Source: a virus (lineage: Duplodnaviria > Caudoviricetes). Taken from it: a DNA stretch of 38,989 bases. The stretch covers positions 1 to 38,989 of the IMG/VR virus record IMGVR_UViG_3300044267_006294. One strand, 5' to 3'. Under the pieces are notes generated by a model that searched no databases, was not told the origin of the DNA, and saw only the letters and a program-made list of their open reading frames with translations. Of the stretch, positions 35,174 through 38,989 are shown one piece after another (positions within the stretch are counted from its first letter, which is position 1; each line of letters starts with the position of its first letter). The position numbers and the translations under genes were made by a program.

Positions 35174-35617
35174 ATGTCTATTGGATTTGCTGGCTGGCGT
35201 AGCGCCGGCTTTGCCTACAAGAACGCGGCTTCTCTCACCAACAGTTTCACTGTGCATGCCTGTACGGAAGACACCACCAACTCCCCAGAGTCGGCTGCTT
35301 TTCCAAGGACGTGCAACATCCAGTCTATTGAGCTGGAGATGTCGAGTCTCTCTGGCAGTCCTTCTACGGTGACGTTGTTCTTGGCTCGAGATTCTGCCGG
35401 CGATGTGGGTGTCACACCTGGGTCCACCAGTGGCGCTACTCAGACTATCCAAGTGGGTAAGACCACCGCGGCTGACGGCACGGTGGTCTTTGCTGTAGAC
35501 TCGGACGTCCACTTCGACAGCAGCGTGGGAAGCACTTCGGCAGGAACGCTTTACGCAGTTGTTAAGCTCGATCAGGGCACGGCTACTTCTAATATCCGAG
35601 TGAACTGGAGGGGCTGA
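35174..35617 (+). CDS. beta-rich virion structural protein (147 aa)
   Basis: GGAG SD; Ser/Thr-rich; TGATG coupling to the next gene. Confidence 0.7.
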   Translation: MSIGFAGWRSAGFAYKNAASLTNSFTVHACTEDTTNSPESAAFPRTCNIQSIELEMSSLSGSPSTVTLFLARDSAGDVGVTPGSTSGATQTIQVGKTTAADGTVVFAVDSDVHFDSSVGSTSAGTLYAVVKLDQGTATSNIRVNWRG

Positions 35618-37278
35618 TGTCTTCTGTCTTCGATAACAACATCAAGGTAGACGCGTCTGGAAACGCTACCGTTGAAGGCGACTTAAAGGTCAGCGGAGAC
35701 ACGACGACTCTCAGCACGACCAACAGTGTCGTCAGCGACAAGCTTATAGAACTAGGCAACGGAACCAGCGGCACCCCGTCGGGAGATGCCGGCATTGTTG
35801 TTGAGCGAGGATCGAGCGATAACGCTGCTCTTATCTGGGACGAGAGTGCCGATACTTGGAAGGCTTGTACCACCTCTGCCACGGGAGCAAGCTCAGGTGA
35901 CCTGACCCTGACGGACGCTGCTCTGGCCTCGGCGGCGATCACTGCTTCGGGCAACATCACAACCTCCGGCGACATCATCCTCGACGATGGTGGCTCACTG
36001 AAGGAAGCAGGCGGCACTGCTGCGATCACCTTCGACGGCTCTGGACATGTGACCAAGATCGGCCAAGACTCGATGAGCTCGGGCGACGTGCTGACCTGGG
36101 ACGGCTCCAAGTTCGTCGGCGAGGCTCCTACGACTGGAGATGTCACAGGTGTCACCGCTGGGGTCGGACTCTCTGGCGGAGGATCGAGCGGCGCGCTTAC
36201 CCTGACGCTGGACCTGTCTGAACTGAGCGCGATCACGCCGACAGCGACCGATAGCTTCGCTACCCTGGACTCGGACGGCTCGACAGAGCAGCGGACGACG
36301 ATCACAGCTCTGAGCAGCTTTCAGGCGGGCTCAGGGCTATCGGCTTCGAGCGGCGTGCTCTCGGTAGATTCGATCACGTCTGTCGGCACCATCAGTACAG
36401 GAGTCTGGCAGGGTACCGCGATCGCTCAAGCCTACGTTGCGAACGACTCGATCAACGGTGACAAGATCGCAGATGATTCGATTAACTCCGAACACTACGT
36501 CGACGGCTCTATCGATACGGCGCACATCGCTGACGACCAAGTCACCCTGGCGAAGATGGCAGGGCTGGCGCGTGGCAAGTTCATCGTCGGCGACTCGTCC
36601 GGCAACCCTTCAGCCCTTGCCGCGGGCGCGAACGGCAAGATCCTGGTCGCCGATGCGAATGGAGATCCCTCGTGGACTACCCTGAGCGGAGACGCTTCCC
36701 TAAGTGCCGGTGCTCTGACGATTGCCACTGGTGCAGTCGAACACGCGATGCTCGGGGGCGACTGCGTAGATGGCGACAACATCGCGGACGACTCGATTAA
36801 CTCTGAGCATTACGTTGATGGGTCGATTGACACTGCCCACATTGCTGATGATCAAGTGACGCTCGCCAAGATGGCGGGGATCACTCGTGGGTCCATCATC
36901 ATCGGAAACGCGAGTGGCAATCCTGCTCTCCTCGGCATCGGCTCGAACAACTATGTGCTGACCTCGGATGGTACCGACATCGCATGGGCTGAGGCGTCAG
37001 GGGGCGGGAGCACCGACCTCAACGGGCTGAGCGCTGCTGTGGTCGACCTCACAACGGACAGCATTGGATTTGTCGACGCGAACGACAGTAACGCTTCAAA
37101 GAAAGAGAGCCTCGCAGATTTTCTTGGTCTGGTCGCAGGCGACGGCTTAGCACAAAATGGAACAACCAAAAAGCTGGAAGTTAGCGCGGCCAATACCGGT
37201 ACAGCATTGGCAAGTGGCGGCGTTAGAAGTACCGCAGATCAAGCAGGTGAGATCTTCGCCATGCAAGTTTTCAGCTAA
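35617..37278 (+). CDS. tail fibre-like protein (553 aa)
   Basis: GDLKVSGDTTT...DKLIELG...DAGIVVERG...WDESADTW, GDVTGVTAG.GLSGGG and IADDSINSEHYVDGSIDTAH repeats, all typical of phage fibres. Confidence 0.8.
   Translation: MSSVFDNNIKVDASGNATVEGDLKVSGDTTTLSTTNSVVSDKLIELGNGTSGTPSGDAGIVVERGSSDNAALIWDESADTWKACTTSATGASSGDLTLTDAALASAAITASGNITTSGDIILDDGGSLKEAGGTAAITFDGSGHVTKIGQDSMSSGDVLTWDGSKFVGEAPTTGDVTGVTAGVGLSGGGSSGALTLTLDLSELSAITPTATDSFATLDSDGSTEQRTTITALSSFQAGSGLSASSGVLSVDSITSVGTISTGVWQGTAIAQAYVANDSINGDKIADDSINSEHYVDGSIDTAHIADDQVTLAKMAGLARGKFIVGDSSGNPSALAAGANGKILVADANGDPSWTTLSGDASLSAGALTIATGAVEHAMLGGDCVDGDNIADDSINSEHYVDGSIDTAHIADDQVTLAKMAGITRGSIIIGNASGNPALLGIGSNNYVLTSDGTDIAWAEASGGGSTDLNGLSAAVVDLTTDSIGFVDANDSNASKKESLADFLGLVAGDGLAQNGTTKKLEVSAANTGTALASGGVRSTADQAGEIFAMQVFS
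36466..36879 (+). repeat. 33-aa identical protein repeat, copies at 36466-36564 and 36781-36879
   Basis: IADDSINSEHYVDGSIDTAHIADDQVTLAKMAG occurs twice; 22 of 33 codons differ synonymously. Confidence 0.95.
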
Positions 37279-37287
37279 GGAAGAACA

Positions 37288-37638
37288 ATGGCTACTATCG
37301 TAAAGCAAGAGTTTTCGGCGTCAACCGACGGGAGACCGATCGAAGTCGGCGATTCAAACACCACTATTCACGAGACACAAGCGGCGACAGGTGACAACAA
37401 CTACGATGAGATTTGGGCTTGGGCTACGAATACGTCGACTTCTGCGGTGGTCTTGACTGTTCTCTGGGGAGGCACCACAGACGCCGATGACAAGATCATC
37501 GTTACCATTCCTCCACGCGAGGGCTTGATGCAGATTATTCCTGGTTTGGTCTTGCAGAATGGGTGTGACTTTTTAGCGGTAGCAGCGGTCAACGACGTAA
37601 TCAATATCGTCGGATTCGTTAACAAGATTACTGCCTGA
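37288..37638 (+). CDS. tail-fibre-associated small beta protein (116 aa)
   Basis: AAGGA SD; STDGRPI...DEIWAWATN...IIPGLVLQN...GFVNKI pattern. Confidence 0.75.
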   Translation: MATIVKQEFSASTDGRPIEVGDSNTTIHETQAATGDNNYDEIWAWATNTSTSAVVLTVLWGGTTDADDKIIVTIPPREGLMQIIPGLVLQNGCDFLAVAAVNDVINIVGFVNKITA

Positions 37639-38492
37639 TGAGTAGACGCGAACGAACTCAGCACCTCGTCGGCTTTCGGGGCATCCGTCCCGATCGCATG
37701 TCGCGCTGGCGCACCGTCTTGGACTTGAACTTCAAGAAGAACTGCTGGACAGCAGGGGCTCTGACCGAGAATGCAGGTTCGCTCACGGTGCTCAACGGAA
37801 ACAGCTATCACTGTTATGTCCGGAACACCACGGACAATAGCTGGACGCAGACCGACGACACCGGGATGGTGGTCGACTTCGGCGGCGGGACCGCTGGAAA
37901 GAATAGGCTCACCATTAAGGTGCCCTACTTCCAGGTAGATAAAGATAACAGGCATCCCAGGATCCGAGTGTCAGCCAGCTTCAGCGGTCTCACCGTGTCG
38001 AATAATGGAGACTATATCGGCGTCGGCGCGACGGGCTTCTACGTGAACAACGCGAACCCCAAGAACCCACACGCTGTCGCCATCTATGACGCGAATAACG
38101 CTTCGACTCCTACCTTTAAGTATGGAGCCCAGGCTATCAAGGGGACGTGGGGATCTACAGGCTCAGGAATGGAGACGACTGGGCTTGTAGCTCCTGACTC
38201 TGCGGGCTCTACGACTGGCGTCATTGTGCTTGAGGACGGAGGGCAGGGTCTCTGGCTGTGCCGGGGGCACGACGGTGACGTGATTATAAAGGGCGGCAAT
38301 GCCAACGTGGACACGTTTCGATCGCAGGTCACTGCTGCGGGGTTCAATGGCCACACTTCCGACAAGTCGTTCTATCGAGCTGACGGCTCAAACTACGACG
38401 GTCCCTACGTCTCTCTATGGTGCAATGCTGGCGGAACGGGCGGGTCTCAGGCTGTGACCTGGGAGCAGTTAATCGTCGAGGTTTACTACTAA
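37638..38492 (+). CDS. beta-sandwich-type virion protein, possible receptor-binding module (284 aa)
   Basis: TGATG coupling; Gly/Thr/Asn/aromatic-rich; function inferred from position. Confidence 0.6.
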   Translation: MSRRERTQHLVGFRGIRPDRMSRWRTVLDLNFKKNCWTAGALTENAGSLTVLNGNSYHCYVRNTTDNSWTQTDDTGMVVDFGGGTAGKNRLTIKVPYFQVDKDNRHPRIRVSASFSGLTVSNNGDYIGVGATGFYVNNANPKNPHAVAIYDANNASTPTFKYGAQAIKGTWGSTGSGMETTGLVAPDSAGSTTGVIVLEDGGQGLWLCRGHDGDVIIKGGNANVDTFRSQVTAAGFNGHTSDKSFYRADGSNYDGPYVSLWCNAGGTGGSQAVTWEQLIVEVYY

Positions 38493-38695
38493 TGGCTGAT
38501 CTTGCATACATCTCCTCAGCGCGCACAACCGAGTACACTCACTTCCTCGAAGACGGTGACACTCCTCGGATGCCCGGTACTATGATCGAAGTCTTTATTC
38601 CCGACGAGCGGCGCAGTGACGTCGACCGAAACGCGGCTATGCGTGAGGAGTTGAGCGAGAAGATCGACGCAGCAATCACGGCGGCTGGTGGATGA
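38492..38695 (+). CDS. hypothetical protein (MADLAYISS..., 67 aa)
   Basis: TAATG overlap at 38490-38494 with GAGG SD. Confidence 0.7.
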   Translation: MADLAYISSARTTEYTHFLEDGDTPRMPGTMIEVFIPDERRSDVDRNAAMREELSEKIDAAITAAGG

Positions 38696-38946
38696 TCATG
38701 TCAGATACGCAGCTTGATAAGGTCTGGGCCGTCACGAACGGAATCCGGCGAGACGTTAGCGAGATTAAGGTGTGTATGGCACGTCTCGACGAGCGATCTG
38801 CTGCGAGAGAAGCTCAGTTCGACATGCAGAACCAGCGGCTGGACAAGATGGAAAGCAAGCTGCAGCGGCTGGACATGAAGGTAGCCGCCGCGATGGGCAT
38901 GGTAGCGCTTATTTCTTATGGACTTCAACTCTTGGTGGGCACGTGA
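38692..38946 (+). CDS. coiled-coil protein with C-terminal transmembrane helix (XhlA/holin-like)
   Basis: Heptad region followed by hydrophobic VAAAMGMVALISYGLQLLVG; ATGA overlap with the upstream gene. Confidence 0.6.
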   Translation: MIMSDTQLDKVWAVTNGIRRDVSEIKVCMARLDERSAAREAQFDMQNQRLDKMESKLQRLDMKVAAAMGMVALISYGLQLLVGT

Positions 38947-38989
38947 CTTATCTGCCTCCGATACTTCGATCTGTCCGTGCCCTCGGCTA
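38943..38989 (+). CDS. start of next gene (MTYLPPILRSVRALG...), truncated; possibly endolysin
   Basis: GTGA overlap with the previous stop; product inferred only from position after a holin-like gene. Confidence 0.35.
   Translation, partial: MTYLPPILRSVRALG

Noticed and set aside
1-38989. Alternative genetic code (TAG reassigned), suggested by in-frame TAG junctions
   Set aside because: All long genes, including the 12.7-kb ORF, are intact in the standard code; TAG stops sit at natural gene ends followed by SD and start codons, and some are out of frame with the next gene (1389, 2947, 4032, 20388).

Overview
The window is the virion-morphogenesis half of a tailed dsDNA bacteriophage genome with podovirus-like gene content; the host cannot be determined. 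It has two divergent arms. The leftward (-) arm encodes terminase large subunit, a small basic gene, portal, an array of about 12 small, mostly Lys-rich, translationally coupled genes (including an HNH nuclease and a HiPIP-like Cys protein), a Zn-ribbon protein and acidic scaffold-like genes. The rightward (+) arm encodes major capsid protein (MCP), decoration protein, adaptor, nozzle/stabilisation protein, two tail proteins, three putative ejection proteins, a 4227-aa polyvalent protein with three HExxH zincin-like motifs, tail-fibre-like genes and the probable start of a lysis cassette. No tRNA, rRNA, CRISPR array, integrase or reverse transcriptase was seen. The most unusual signals are below the 60-aa ORF-track cutoff: (i) a 51-aa gene (8028-8183) whose first 12 residues copy the MCP N-terminus at the protein level; (ii) a 19-aa mini-gene (4032-4091) made of the portal's first 3 and last 16 codons, creating a 47-bp direct repeat around an inserted gene; (iii) a roughly 165-nt structured MCP leader RNA that could sequester its own ribosome-binding site; (iv) a 33-aa perfect protein repeat whose codons differ at 22 of 33 positions. 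Family assignments come from motif recognition only; no searches were run.
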